Below are positions 28,881 through 38,034 of a stretch of DNA of 64,000 nt, piece by piece (the stretch's first letter is position 1; each line of letters starts with the position of its first letter). The notes below the pieces were generated by a model. That model saw only the letters and a list, made by a program, of their open reading frames with translations, did no database searches and was not told the DNA's origin. This DNA comes from Burkholderiaceae bacterium (lineage in GTDB: Bacteria > Pseudomonadota > Gammaproteobacteria > Burkholderiales > Burkholderiaceae_A), in contig JAGYKN010000009.1 of assembly GCA_018401615.1 (NCBI GenBank), forward strand, positions 136 to 64,135. The letters are read 5' to 3'. Both the position numbers and the translations under genes were made by a program.

Positions 28881-30368
28881 TTAATGCCAAATCACCGGGG
28901 CAGCGTCATCGATCAGGGTGCAGCGTTCGCTTGCGTGTATGTCGCTCACGGCCATCTGGCAGTGCAACAGCCCCTGGGTGTGGAGTGCGGCGTAGCGAGA
29001 CTCAATGGCAGTCTTGACGCGAAGGCAACGATTGACGGCCCGCTCGCGTGCACCGGGAACCCGTGCTGAGAAATGAAAATGCACCAGAAGTGGAATGGCC
29101 AACCCACGGCTAATATTTAGGCCCTTGAAAATATTGATGCCGACATCCATGTCAGCAGTGCCCTCTTCAACGGTGTCAAGGTGAGCGAAGTAAAACTTGT
29201 TGCGCAGCTGGACCTCGCTCAGTGCCTCGCCAACACAGATGAATCGCTCCTTGTGGCCAATGTCGGTGTATCGGCCCTCGTGGTGTTGGATCACATATTG
29301 AATCTGCGAGAGATTGGCCTGCAGCAGTCGTTCAACGAGCCGCCGCATGCCGGGCCGAAGGCCTGAGCCCCCATCGGCCATGTCGACTGCACGCGAGATG
29401 GCGGCAGAGGCGGCCTGCTCATCTAGGCTGAGTGTGTCGCGAAAGACCTGAGCGCTCTCAACATATCGGCCAGGGCAGTTCATTGAATCGCCATTCGGGA
29501 TGTGCACACGGATGGCATCGGTGTCGGTGTCCATGCCAATCAGCAGTGTCTCGGGTGCTGCCCCACTGCCAAAGGTGTTGTCAATTGCAGCCCGCAATTC
29601 ATCTAGCTTTGCAGCAGCTGCCATGGTGGCTTTGTCGTCTTGAGAGCCGTGGGCTGCACAGCCCTGGTGGCTGGGATTGGACGTGCTGAAGTGGTAGACC
29701 GCTATCTTCAAATAGTTGCCGTCCTCGCCGCCGGATATGGTGCCATTGAGCCGTTCGAGTTCCCGGCGTGTCCAGTCGGCAACGTCGGCCTCAACATCAA
29801 AGAGCGCTCCCGCATAGGCCTTCACAGAGATGGCCTCAGACGGGGCGATCCGCAATACAAATGGGACGAGCCCCTGCAGGCGGCCGTCTGCGCAGGGGCT
29901 GATGTCGACTGTGTGATAGCCACAAGATTGAAGGAATTGGCGGTCGATGATCATCCGAGCAAGCCAGGGTGCCTGGTCCATTGCTGCACATTCAACACAG
30001 GTCTTGAAGGTTCGAAAAATACAAAATGAATGAAGTGCCCGCATGTCGAGTCCGACGACCCATGCGTCTTGGAGGAGCTTCTCAGGCAGCCTGTAGCCCA
30101 GCCGAGTCTGGGAGAGCTGCTGGGCTCGGGCAACAAAGGCAGTCTCGTGCTGCATGGTCGAGACCGCCATGAGCACGTCTGTAATGGGCGCAAAACGATT
30201 GCGGATCTGGCATTCGTAGTCAAAGAGCTGGTGATTGAGTTCCTGATCCACCAGCGAGTGCGCGCACCTCTGATTCGGGCCCAACACACAGGCTGGGTTA
30301 TCGAGGTACTGCGGTGGCTGGAGCCCCGCGGCTGCTCGCATGGCGACAAGGCGTTTGCGTGTGTTCAC
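28881..30368 (-). CDS. csoS3: Carboxysomal carbonic anhydrase CsoSCA
   Basis: PCADGRL, YHFS, GCAAHGS zinc ligands; DTDTDAIRVH. Confidence 0.94.
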   Translation of the reverse strand: MNTRKRLVAMRAAAGLQPPQYLDNPACVLGPNQRCAHSLVDQELNHQLFDYECQIRNRFAPITDVLMAVSTMQHETAFVARAQQLSQTRLGYRLPEKLLQDAWVVGLDMRALHSFCIFRTFKTCVECAAMDQAPWLARMIIDRQFLQSCGYHTVDISPCADGRLQGLVPFVLRIAPSEAISVKAYAGALFDVEADVADWTRRELERLNGTISGGEDGNYLKIAVYHFSTSNPSHQGCAAHGSQDDKATMAAAAKLDELRAAIDNTFGSGAAPETLLIGMDTDTDAIRVHIPNGDSMNCPGRYVESAQVFRDTLSLDEQAASAAISRAVDMADGGSGLRPGMRRLVERLLQANLSQIQYVIQHHEGRYTDIGHKERFICVGEALSEVQLRNKFYFAHLDTVEEGTADMDVGINIFKGLNISRGLAIPLLVHFHFSARVPGARERAVNRCLRVKTAIESRYAALHTQGLLHCQMAVSDIHASERCTLIDDAAPVIWH

Positions 30369-30380
30369 CCGGTGGTCTCT

Positions 30381-31979
30381 CTAGCCTCGTGCGCCGCCCG
30401 ACACCGTCACCGCAGCACCTTTGCTGGTGCTGCCCGAGGAACCCGTGATTCGGCTCTCAGGCGGGGCTGCACGCTCGACGTCACGAAACTGCTGGGCATT
30501 CATCACCACCCCCCGTGGCTCCCCACGTTGCGATGGATTTCGCATCAGAGATGAGGTGCCTTCGGTTCCCGTGACACGCCCAGATGACTGCCATGCGTCA
30601 CCGCTGATCTGGGTGCCAGCCTGGCTCCCCTCACCGGTGAGACGTTCGGCCGCAGTTGTGGCAGACACCTGAGAGGCGGCCTGAGATTTGGCCTGAAAGG
30701 ATGAGGGCTCGTGATGACGAAATTCGGGTGTTCCCGTGATCAATCCGCCTGCCTTGTTCACAGGCCCAGTGATGCGTTGTGTGCTGAAGTTCGTGCCCGT
30801 GATGGCGTCAGCAGAGTTGCGCTCTCTGGCCTGCATCGAGGGCGACTTGATGCTGAAGTCTGCGGGCGCAGGAGCAGCTGGCGGCGCGTCCTGGCCACCT
30901 GCCCTGGGCACAAAGCGGCTGCTGGTCTGACAATTCAATGGCCGGTTGTCAAGACCGATATAGGGCGATCCCGTGATGAGCTCGCAGGCACCGCGATCAT
31001 CTCCAGTCATGACAGAACCACCGGCACCGGGTCGATCGCCGGTGACAACTGCCGCCGCAATGACGCCTTCGCTTCGCAGGCGCGTCTGCTGGGCAGCAAG
31101 CTGCGGATCGTTGCAGAACTCCTTGTACTGCTTGCGGCCAATGTAGGGTGTTCCACTGATCGGCGCGCAACCACCGGGCTCATCGCCCGTCATCTTGTTC
31201 GATCGTCCGACATGGGTGCCGGTAATGGACTGGCCACGCCAGGTCTGGTCCTGTGCCAATGATGCTGGTGTTTTGGGGCCGCCCGAGTGCTGCCTGGCGG
31301 CGTTGACATCACCAACATTGGTGTATTGGGTTCCCGTGAGCTGACGCGAGGAACCGAATTCATCACCAGTAACGGCTGTAGAGCGCTCAACGTCGGATCG
31401 CACAGGATTCTTTTCGTCCTGCGATGGCATGACGCTGACCCTTCGGGGTGCGGCAGATGGCGCGCGGTTTTCGCGGGCCAGATCCAGGTGGGATGAGAGA
31501 AATTCTGTTCCAGTGATGGTGCGCTCAGAGCCTGCCTGGGTGCCTGTGACCTTGTGGGCCGCATTGACAACCTGGGCACCTGCGAGGGCTCTTGCGCCAG
31601 ATGGCGCCGCATGTTGTGAGGTGGATGCGGGCACCGATGCCGCCGGCGTTCGCATGCGGCCGCTGGGCTTGGCGGCTGCGGCTGGGCCTCCTGTGCGGCC
31701 CTTGAGCGCGCGCGCCGTTCGGCGTTGCATGGCAATCTGCCGACCCGATGAGGCGGATTGGGCCTGTGCGGCCTGCATGAGCGCAGCCTCTGATGCCGCC
31801 CTTGATGGCACCGGCTCTGAGGCTTCGGCCCGATACACGGGCTGTGATGCTCGCCGGGGTGCCTGACTCGACTTCACAGAGGCGGCCTTGCCATGGAGCG
31901 CCATGGCCTTTCGGCGCATGAGCGCGAGTTCTCGTCCAGACAGTGTCACTTGATCTGCGGTTGCGTTGGCTGTTGCCAT
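30381..31979 (-). CDS. csoS2: Carboxysome scaffold CsoS2 (short, 532 aa)
   Basis: Two N-repeats (SGRxxAxxRRxA), [VI]TG triplet M-repeats, C-terminal ITGSSG...VTVSGGARG. Confidence 0.93.
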   Translation of the reverse strand: MATANATADQVTLSGRELALMRRKAMALHGKAASVKSSQAPRRASQPVYRAEASEPVPSRAASEAALMQAAQAQSASSGRQIAMQRRTARALKGRTGGPAAAAKPSGRMRTPAASVPASTSQHAAPSGARALAGAQVVNAAHKVTGTQAGSERTITGTEFLSSHLDLARENRAPSAAPRRVSVMPSQDEKNPVRSDVERSTAVTGDEFGSSRQLTGTQYTNVGDVNAARQHSGGPKTPASLAQDQTWRGQSITGTHVGRSNKMTGDEPGGCAPISGTPYIGRKQYKEFCNDPQLAAQQTRLRSEGVIAAAVVTGDRPGAGGSVMTGDDRGACELITGSPYIGLDNRPLNCQTSSRFVPRAGGQDAPPAAPAPADFSIKSPSMQARERNSADAITGTNFSTQRITGPVNKAGGLITGTPEFRHHEPSSFQAKSQAASQVSATTAAERLTGEGSQAGTQISGDAWQSSGRVTGTEGTSSLMRNPSQRGEPRGVVMNAQQFRDVERAAPPESRITGSSGSTSKGAAVTVSGGARG

Positions 31980-32008
31980 CTCTTGCCTCTTAATTTAGCG
32001 ATAGACCA

Positions 32009-32335
32009 TTAGCGATAGACCACAAAGGCCATTCCTTGGCTCTGTGAGTAGTTGTCGTAGGCGAGGTAGCGCACCAGGTGAGATGGGAACTCACGATGGC
32101 AGGCATCGAGTTCCGCCATGACGGCATCAACCGACTCTTCGCCAAAAAGCGGCAGCTTCCACATGAACCAGAAGTTGCTGGTTGCTGCTGTGCCCTTTGC
32201 CGTGTGTTCCACGGCTGGATTCCAGCCCTGCGCAATTGAGTAGGCGATCTGGCGACGGACCTGTTCGATCGTCATGGGTGGCAGATAAGAGAAGGTCTCA
32301 AACTTCTGGGACGACTTGTAGGCTTGAACGGCCAT
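32009..32335 (-). CDS. cbbS: Rubisco small subunit (form IA, carboxysomal)
   Basis: [35 protein letters not shown]. Confidence 0.97.
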   Translation of the reverse strand: MAVQAYKSSQKFETFSYLPPMTIEQVRRQIAYSIAQGWNPAVEHTAKGTAATSNFWFMWKLPLFGEESVDAVMAELDACHREFPSHLVRYLAYDNYSQSQGMAFVVYR

Positions 32336-32368
32336 GTCAGTTTCCTTTCAAAGAGATGGTTAGATGGA

Positions 32369-33790
32369 TCACTTGTTTGAGAGGTCGAGTTTGTCGACCG
32401 TGTCGAATTCAAACTTAATCTCTTTCCAGACCTCCATGGCAATCTTGAGCTCAGGACTGTGTGCAGCAGCGGCCGTTAGGATTTCACGGCTCTCTCTCTC
32501 GAGCTGGCGTCCCTCGTTGCGAGCCTGGACGCAGGCCTCCAAGGCCACCCGGTTCGCATGGGCGCCCGCAGCATTTCCCCATGGGTGACCAAGGGTTCCG
32601 CCGCCAAACTGCAGCACGGAATCGTCGCCAAAGATGTTGACCAGTGCAGGCATGTGCCAGACGTGAATGCCGCCCGAGGCCACCGCAAAGACACCAGGCA
32701 TGGAGCCCCAGTCTTGATCAAAGAAGATGCCGCGTGACCGATCTTCGGGAATGAAGGACTCGCGAAGCAGATCGATCCACCCCAGTGTTGAGGCACGGTC
32801 GCCCTCGAGTTTTCCAACCACGGTTCCCGTGTGGAGGTGATCGCCGCCTGAGAGGCGAAGAATCTTGGCAAGGACACGGAAGTGGATACCGTGGTGCGGA
32901 TTTCTGTCGATCACTGCGTGCATGGCACGGTGGATGTGCAGCAGCATGCCGTTGTCACGACACCAATTGGCCAGGCCCGTGTTGGCACAGAAGCCGCCTG
33001 TGATGTAGTCATGCATGATGATTGGCGCGCCGATTTCCTTGGCATACTCGGCCCGCTTGTACATCTCTTCGGGCGTTGCAGCGGTCACGTTCAGGTAGTG
33101 GCCCTTGCGCTCGCCAGTCTCTTGCTCGGCCTGCAATGTGGCCTCTTGAACGAAATCAAAACGTTGACGCCAGCGCATGAACGGTTGGCTATTGATGTTT
33201 TCGTCGTCTTTGGTGAAATCAAGGCCACCGCGCAGGCACTCATAGACCGCGCGGCCATAATTCTTACCGGACAGGCCCAGCTTGGGCTTGATGGTGCAGC
33301 CCAGGAGCGGACGGCCGTATTTGTTCATGAGGTCGCGCTCAACCTGAATGCCGTGGGGTGGACCACCGCAGGTCTTGACGTACGCAATTGGGAAGCGCAC
33401 GTCTTCTAGCCGAAGGGCGCGAACGGCCTTAAAGCCAAATACATTGCCCACCAATGAGGTGAACACATTGACCACTGAGCCCTCTTCGAAGAGGTCGATC
33501 GGATACGCCACAAAGGCATAAAAGCAGCTCTCGTCGCCGGGCACGTCTTCAATCCGATAGGCGCGGCCCTTGTAATAGTCCATGTCGGTCAACAGGTCAG
33601 TCCAGACCGTGGTCCATGTGCCGGTTGAGGACTCTGCAGCAACAGCAGCGGCGGCCTCTTCGTGATCCACCCCAGATTGGGGGGTGATCTTAAAGACCGC
33701 CAAAATATCGGTGTCCAGCGGGGTGTAGTCGGGCATCCAGTAGGTCTGGCGATAGTCCTTTACACCGGCGTTATACGTTTTTGTGGCCAT
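32369..33790 (-). CDS. cbbL: Rubisco large subunit form IA
   Basis: [37 protein letters not shown]. Confidence 0.99.
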   Translation of the reverse strand: MATKTYNAGVKDYRQTYWMPDYTPLDTDILAVFKITPQSGVDHEEAAAAVAAESSTGTWTTVWTDLLTDMDYYKGRAYRIEDVPGDESCFYAFVAYPIDLFEEGSVVNVFTSLVGNVFGFKAVRALRLEDVRFPIAYVKTCGGPPHGIQVERDLMNKYGRPLLGCTIKPKLGLSGKNYGRAVYECLRGGLDFTKDDENINSQPFMRWRQRFDFVQEATLQAEQETGERKGHYLNVTAATPEEMYKRAEYAKEIGAPIIMHDYITGGFCANTGLANWCRDNGMLLHIHRAMHAVIDRNPHHGIHFRVLAKILRLSGGDHLHTGTVVGKLEGDRASTLGWIDLLRESFIPEDRSRGIFFDQDWGSMPGVFAVASGGIHVWHMPALVNIFGDDSVLQFGGGTLGHPWGNAAGAHANRVALEACVQARNEGRQLERESREILTAAAAHSPELKIAMEVWKEIKFEFDTVDKLDLSNK

Positions 33791-33897
33791 GCAGCGCGCT
33801 CCTTTTCGGGTGGTCGATATCCTCTAGCCCACGCTTAACACTTCCACTGAAGGGGTATTTCGCTGTGAACCTGAGGCCATTGTGCCAAATTCCAGAT

Positions 33898-33939
33898 TTA
33901 ATTAAAGTAAAATGATGTGACGGTTATCATTTACTTAAA
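33898..33939. promoter_or_regulatory. AT-rich putative CbbR operator upstream of cbbL
   Basis: Overlapping TNA-N7-TNA boxes (TTA-attaaag-TAA-aatgatg-TGA) and an imperfect inverted repeat aagtaaaatgat...atcatttactt. Confidence 0.6.
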
Positions 33940-34036
33940 TAAATGATCAAGCACCAAGACACCACCGCGCTCTGGGTCGAACGCAAGCAAGATGCAGGTG
34001 TTTACAGCCGCTTTGTCAGCTGCTTGCTCTGCCCTC

Positions 34037-35632
34037 TTAGGGGCCAAAGGTGGCCGCCGCCGCCTTGCCCCAGCCAGTTCGGTAGGGCTCGGGAAGCAAC
34101 AGGCGCTGCGCCTCGTCTAACAACGCACCTGCTGGCATGCTGATCAGGCTCGATGACAAGGGCACCGCTCGGCTCGAGGATTCCCGCATCATGATCAGGT
34201 CTGCGGTGATCTGACTGGCCTGGGTCAGGCCAGAGGCGCCCATGAGCTCCGCAAGATTCTTCACGGTGTTGCTGTGAAAGTGGGCGACACGCTGGGCCTT
34301 GTCTGTCACGACCAGCGCCTTCTGGCGAGTGGGATCCTGCGTGGCAACACCGGTCGGACAGTGGTCTGTGTGGCAAGAACGTGACTGGATGCAGCCCAGG
34401 GCAAACATGAAACCCCTGGCGGCGTTGCACCAGTCGGCACCAAGTGCAATGCAGCGTGCGATGTCGAAGGCAGAGATGATCTTGCCGGACGCACCGATGC
34501 GGATCTGATCTCGCAGCCCCGCCCCAACCAGGGTGTTGTGGACCAGTTGGAGACCGTCTCTCAGCGGCATGCCCATGTGGTCTGCAAACTCAATGGGTGC
34601 TGCCCCCGTGCCGCCTTCTGCCCCGTCGACCACAATGAAATCGGGCACGACGCCGGACTCGAGCATGGCCTTGACCACCCCGAACCACTCTCCCACCTGC
34701 CCGACACAGAATTTAAATCCCACTGGCTTGCCGCCCGAGGATTCCCGAAGCAGGCGCAGAAAGGCCAGCAACTCCAGGGGCGTCTCAAAGGCAGCGTGAC
34801 GCGCTGGAGAGATGCAGTCCTGCCCCATGGGCACACCGCGGGCATGCGCAATTTCCTCGCTCACCTTGGCTGCCGGGAGCACGCCCCCATGCCCCGGTTT
34901 GGCCCCCTGAGACATCTTGACCTCGATCATCTTGACCTGGGGGTCTGAGGCCTGTTCTTTGAAACGCTGTGGGTCAAACTGACCATCTGGTGTTCGACAG
35001 CCGAAGTAGCCTGACCCGATTTCCCAGATGAGGTCTCCGCCGTGGCGGCGGTGGTGAGCCGAGATGCTGCCCTCTCCGGTGTCGTGGGCAAATCCACCGA
35101 TCGCGGCGCCTCTATTAAGCGCCTGGATGGCGTTTGCCGACAGGGAGCCAAAACTCATGGCCGAAATATTGAAGATCGAGATGCTGTAGGCCTGCCTGCA
35201 GCTCGGTCCGCCCACTGTTGTGCGAAGGCTCTGAGGGTCGATGTCGATGGGCCGCATGGAGTGACTGATCCACTGGGCTTCCTGGGCATAGAGGTCTTTG
35301 ATGGTGCCAAAGCCGCGCTTGTCGTTTTGGATCTTTGAGCGGGCATAGACCAGCGCCCTCTGATGCCGAGAGAAGGGCAACTTCTCCTCATCGCTTTCAA
35401 GAAAATACTGGCGAATTTCGGGCCGTATGGATTCGAGGGCGTAGCGCAGTCGACCCGTTAAGGGGTAATTGCGCCGAACGGCCTGTCTGGGCTGTCGAAG
35501 GTCCTGCACGCCCAGTCCGAACAAGGCAATAAAAAGCAGAGAAAGCCAGGGGCTCCAGGCCGCACTGACCACTGCCAACGGGAGTGTGACGAGCCAGGGC
35601 CAATATCGAAGGGGCGGCATGATGGGGGACAC
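34037..35632 (-). CDS. FMN-binding glutamate synthase family protein (membrane-anchored)
   Basis: ISAMSFGSLS, DTGEG, KMSQGAKPGHGG, DGAEGGTGAAP, GCIQSRSCHTDHCPTG. Confidence 0.9.
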   Translation of the reverse strand: MSPIMPPLRYWPWLVTLPLAVVSAAWSPWLSLLFIALFGLGVQDLRQPRQAVRRNYPLTGRLRYALESIRPEIRQYFLESDEEKLPFSRHQRALVYARSKIQNDKRGFGTIKDLYAQEAQWISHSMRPIDIDPQSLRTTVGGPSCRQAYSISIFNISAMSFGSLSANAIQALNRGAAIGGFAHDTGEGSISAHHRRHGGDLIWEIGSGYFGCRTPDGQFDPQRFKEQASDPQVKMIEVKMSQGAKPGHGGVLPAAKVSEEIAHARGVPMGQDCISPARHAAFETPLELLAFLRLLRESSGGKPVGFKFCVGQVGEWFGVVKAMLESGVVPDFIVVDGAEGGTGAAPIEFADHMGMPLRDGLQLVHNTLVGAGLRDQIRIGASGKIISAFDIARCIALGADWCNAARGFMFALGCIQSRSCHTDHCPTGVATQDPTRQKALVVTDKAQRVAHFHSNTVKNLAELMGASGLTQASQITADLIMMRESSSRAVPLSSSLISMPAGALLDEAQRLLLPEPYRTGWGKAAAATFGP

Positions 35633-35736
35633 GGGATCCTATTTTGTGGGCCAAGAGGGATCTTAATGCCGCCTAAGTTACCTCAGGATTGCCCTCGCAT
35701 CGCAAACCCCCGCCCACCCGTGTCAAACTCAATGGC

Positions 35737-36132
35737 ATGGATGACCTCAAAAAAGCGATCATGATCGTCGGGAGCATCGTTGGCGTGGGTGCTTTTGGCG
35801 TTTTTTTGTACATGATGCTCGCCGACGTCGGGCCGCCGCGACCCATTGAGGTTGTCGTCACGCTCGACAACAAGTGTGAACTCGTCGACGACGCCTTCAT
35901 GGTGCGGGTCATGCCAGATGGGCCAACGGCCCTCTTCGAGGGCAAGACCGCCAGGGTCATGGCCAAGAAGAATCAGCGGGTAAAGCTGGTGGCCAATGCC
36001 CGTTACCCGGGATTTGATTTCGAGGGCGACGAAGACAACGCCGCCCCCCGCATCACGCTTGTGGCCATCTGCGACTCGACTGGCCGTTTCGATGCCACCT
36101 CAAGCAACATGAAAAAGCAGTTCGGCAAATAG
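35737..36132 (+). CDS. Hypothetical single-TM protein
   Basis: Hydrophobic N-terminal segment, then a beta-rich domain with two Cys. Confidence 0.65.
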   Translation: MDDLKKAIMIVGSIVGVGAFGVFLYMMLADVGPPRPIEVVVTLDNKCELVDDAFMVRVMPDGPTALFEGKTARVMAKKNQRVKLVANARYPGFDFEGDEDNAAPRITLVAICDSTGRFDATSSNMKKQFGK

Positions 36133-36151
36133 CAGCCGATCTGCTGCGAGC

Positions 36152-36574
36152 CTAGGAGGCGAGCCGGACGGCGGTGGGTCGGTTGTTGAGCATGCCTGGA
36201 ATGGTGCCCCAGGCGCTTTGAATCTCCGAGATCAGGCTGGTGACCTCTGCAAGGGCTTCGAGGTCGTTGTGCAGATTCACATGCAGGAGGCGGCGGGTCA
36301 CATAGCCATAGAGTTCGTCGAGGTTACGGGCGATTTCGCCGCCGGCATCAAAGTCCAGTGCGCCCTGAAGGCCCAGCACAATCTTGCTTGCTCGGCTCAG
36401 GCTCTTGGACTTCTCCTCGATGGCGCCACGTCGGATCTGACCCTCGGCGGACTTCAGGCTCTCCATCAACCCGTCAAAGAGCATCTGAATGAGTTGAACG
36501 CTGTCTGCAGTGGCCACGCCAGTGGTGACTTTCACATCACCGTAGCTCTCAATCGCTTTTCTCATCTGCCGCAT
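36152..36574 (-). CDS. fliS: Flagellin chaperone FliS
   Basis: QLIQMLFDG, LQGALDFDAGGEIARNLDELYGY, EIQSAW. Confidence 0.93.
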   Translation of the reverse strand: MRQMRKAIESYGDVKVTTGVATADSVQLIQMLFDGLMESLKSAEGQIRRGAIEEKSKSLSRASKIVLGLQGALDFDAGGEIARNLDELYGYVTRRLLHVNLHNDLEALAEVTSLISEIQSAWGTIPGMLNNRPTAVRLAS

Positions 36575-36643
36575 TTTGGAGTCCTCGTTTTCGTTTCACT
36601 CGGTGGGGGCGCTTTCGCGTCCAACACTGAGGGAATCGGTCGA

Positions 36644-37399
36644 TCAGGCCGAGGCTTTAGCGGGAAGTTGCATTTCGCTGCCTGCCGGGGTCGGCTGGCC
36701 TTCCAGGGCAAGGGCAGGCGGGTCGCCCATCTCCAGGGCCTGGCCCGGCAGGTTGATCAGGCGCTTGGCCCAGGCCCCGCCCTTGGCATCCACGCCGGTG
36801 CGCTGAAAGAGGACATCACAGACCTCCTCGAGTCCTTTGCGCACAGACTCCAGGTTTTTCTCGGTGACGGTGGCGCTGTCGAACCCCGCCTGGTAGATGG
36901 CGTCGGCGTGTTGTTGGGGTATCCAAGAGCTCACGACGCCTCTTAAGCCTTTGATCTTTCGGCGATTTGAGGCGATCTTGGAGGAGCCCTCCTTGCCGTG
37001 TTCGGCGCCCTCGGCCACGAGCTCCTGAATGTGCTTGGTGAGAATCACGCCGTATCGAAGCTTGAGTTCCTCGATTTTTTCGGGCTCGACCCCCTCGACT
37101 GGCTTGCCGGTCATGCCGTCCCAGAGGCGCTTGCCCTGAAGCGTGCCAAAGCTGGCGTCGGCCTTGTCTTCTTGCATGACCTGTGAGTCGGCCTGAGCCT
37201 CTGCTTTTTCATCGACTGGTGCCGCCTCACCGTCTGGCCCAGTGAGTGCCAGCGAGAATTCATCGCGCAGTGCGTCCTCACTTGGCATGGGAGGAACCAC
37301 CGCCTGGTGGACGGCCCGAACATGGTCAACCACCATGAGCATGAGCACCATCACCACAGCGAGCAAGACGAGAATTGAGAATAAAAGAACCGTGTTCAT
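36644..37399 (-). CDS. Hypothetical membrane-anchored protein sharing a domain with the neighbouring ORF
   Basis: N-terminal TM; KLRYG-x12-EGAE and IKGLRGVVSSWIPQQHA motifs. Confidence 0.75.
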   Translation of the reverse strand: MNTVLLFSILVLLAVVMVLMLMVVDHVRAVHQAVVPPMPSEDALRDEFSLALTGPDGEAAPVDEKAEAQADSQVMQEDKADASFGTLQGKRLWDGMTGKPVEGVEPEKIEELKLRYGVILTKHIQELVAEGAEHGKEGSSKIASNRRKIKGLRGVVSSWIPQQHADAIYQAGFDSATVTEKNLESVRKGLEEVCDVLFQRTGVDAKGGAWAKRLINLPGQALEMGDPPALALEGQPTPAGSEMQLPAKASA

Positions 37400-37426
37400 A
37401 TCGAGCCCCTAAAACCAGTCCAGAGG

Positions 37427-37453
37427 AAATCGACCCAGCGGCAGGCTTCTTGA
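37427..37453 (-). promoter_or_regulatory. Putative sigma-28 promoter
   Basis: TCAAG-N14-GTCGATTT upstream of the 36644-37399 gene and fliS. Confidence 0.55.
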
Positions 37454-37474
37454 GGCTAAGCCAGAGGCCCTGCC

Positions 37475-37999
37475 TTACTTGTTGGCCCCATTGTCGTCGT
37501 CCTGGTCTGCCTCGTCACCATCCTCTTCGGCGAGCTGCTCCTTGAGAAAGCCCAGGGCTTCGAAAGGCTGGTCGAGGTCGAGCGCCTCTGAGATTTTGTC
37601 AGCCACGGCCTGACAGAGTTCAATGGCCTGTTCTGGCGATGCCTCTTCAAGTTGGAAGGCAGCGCCAACCTTGAAGATTTCCTCGGCGTACTCAAGCGGA
37701 AGGTAGGCGAGGATCTCGCCGTTGACGGACTTGATCGATTGGAAGGCCCTGGGCGAGGGCGCCTTTGGCTTTTCCTCGTCGTTGGCCACGGCGAGCATCG
37801 AGGCCTCTGCATGCTCTGCGGTGCGTTCAGCCCCTTCTATGAAGGTCTTGTCGAGCACGGCCCGGCATCGCAGGCCCATGCGCAGCTTCATGGAGCGGGT
37901 CTCGCGAGAGTCGTCCTTGGCATTGATGGCGGCCTCGAATTCCTGCTTGGCCTTGACCATCTGCTCTTTATCGGCGTTACCGAAAAGCTTTCCCAGCAC
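37475..37999 (-). CDS. Hypothetical protein downstream of fliA (paralog family)
   Basis: GAGAGGG RBS before GTG 37999; aligns with 17326-17973. Confidence 0.8.
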   Translation of the reverse strand: MLGKLFGNADKEQMVKAKQEFEAAINAKDDSRETRSMKLRMGLRCRAVLDKTFIEGAERTAEHAEASMLAVANDEEKPKAPSPRAFQSIKSVNGEILAYLPLEYAEEIFKVGAAFQLEEASPEQAIELCQAVADKISEALDLDQPFEALGFLKEQLAEEDGDEADQDDDNGANK

Positions 38000-38034
38000 G
38001 ATGCACCCTCTCGGCGTGAAGGGGGCCACGCGCC

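Noticed and set aside
31265-31285. CCCCAAAAC in csoS2 as a -1 ribosomal frameshift site
   Set aside because: The codon phase (GGC CCC AAA ACA) does not fit X XXY YYZ, so there is no support for a programmed CsoS2A/B frameshift here
34037-35632. Glutamate-synthase-like gene as part of the carboxysome operon
   Set aside because: It is separated from cbbL by 246 bp containing a probable promoter/operator, and it is a widespread stand-alone family
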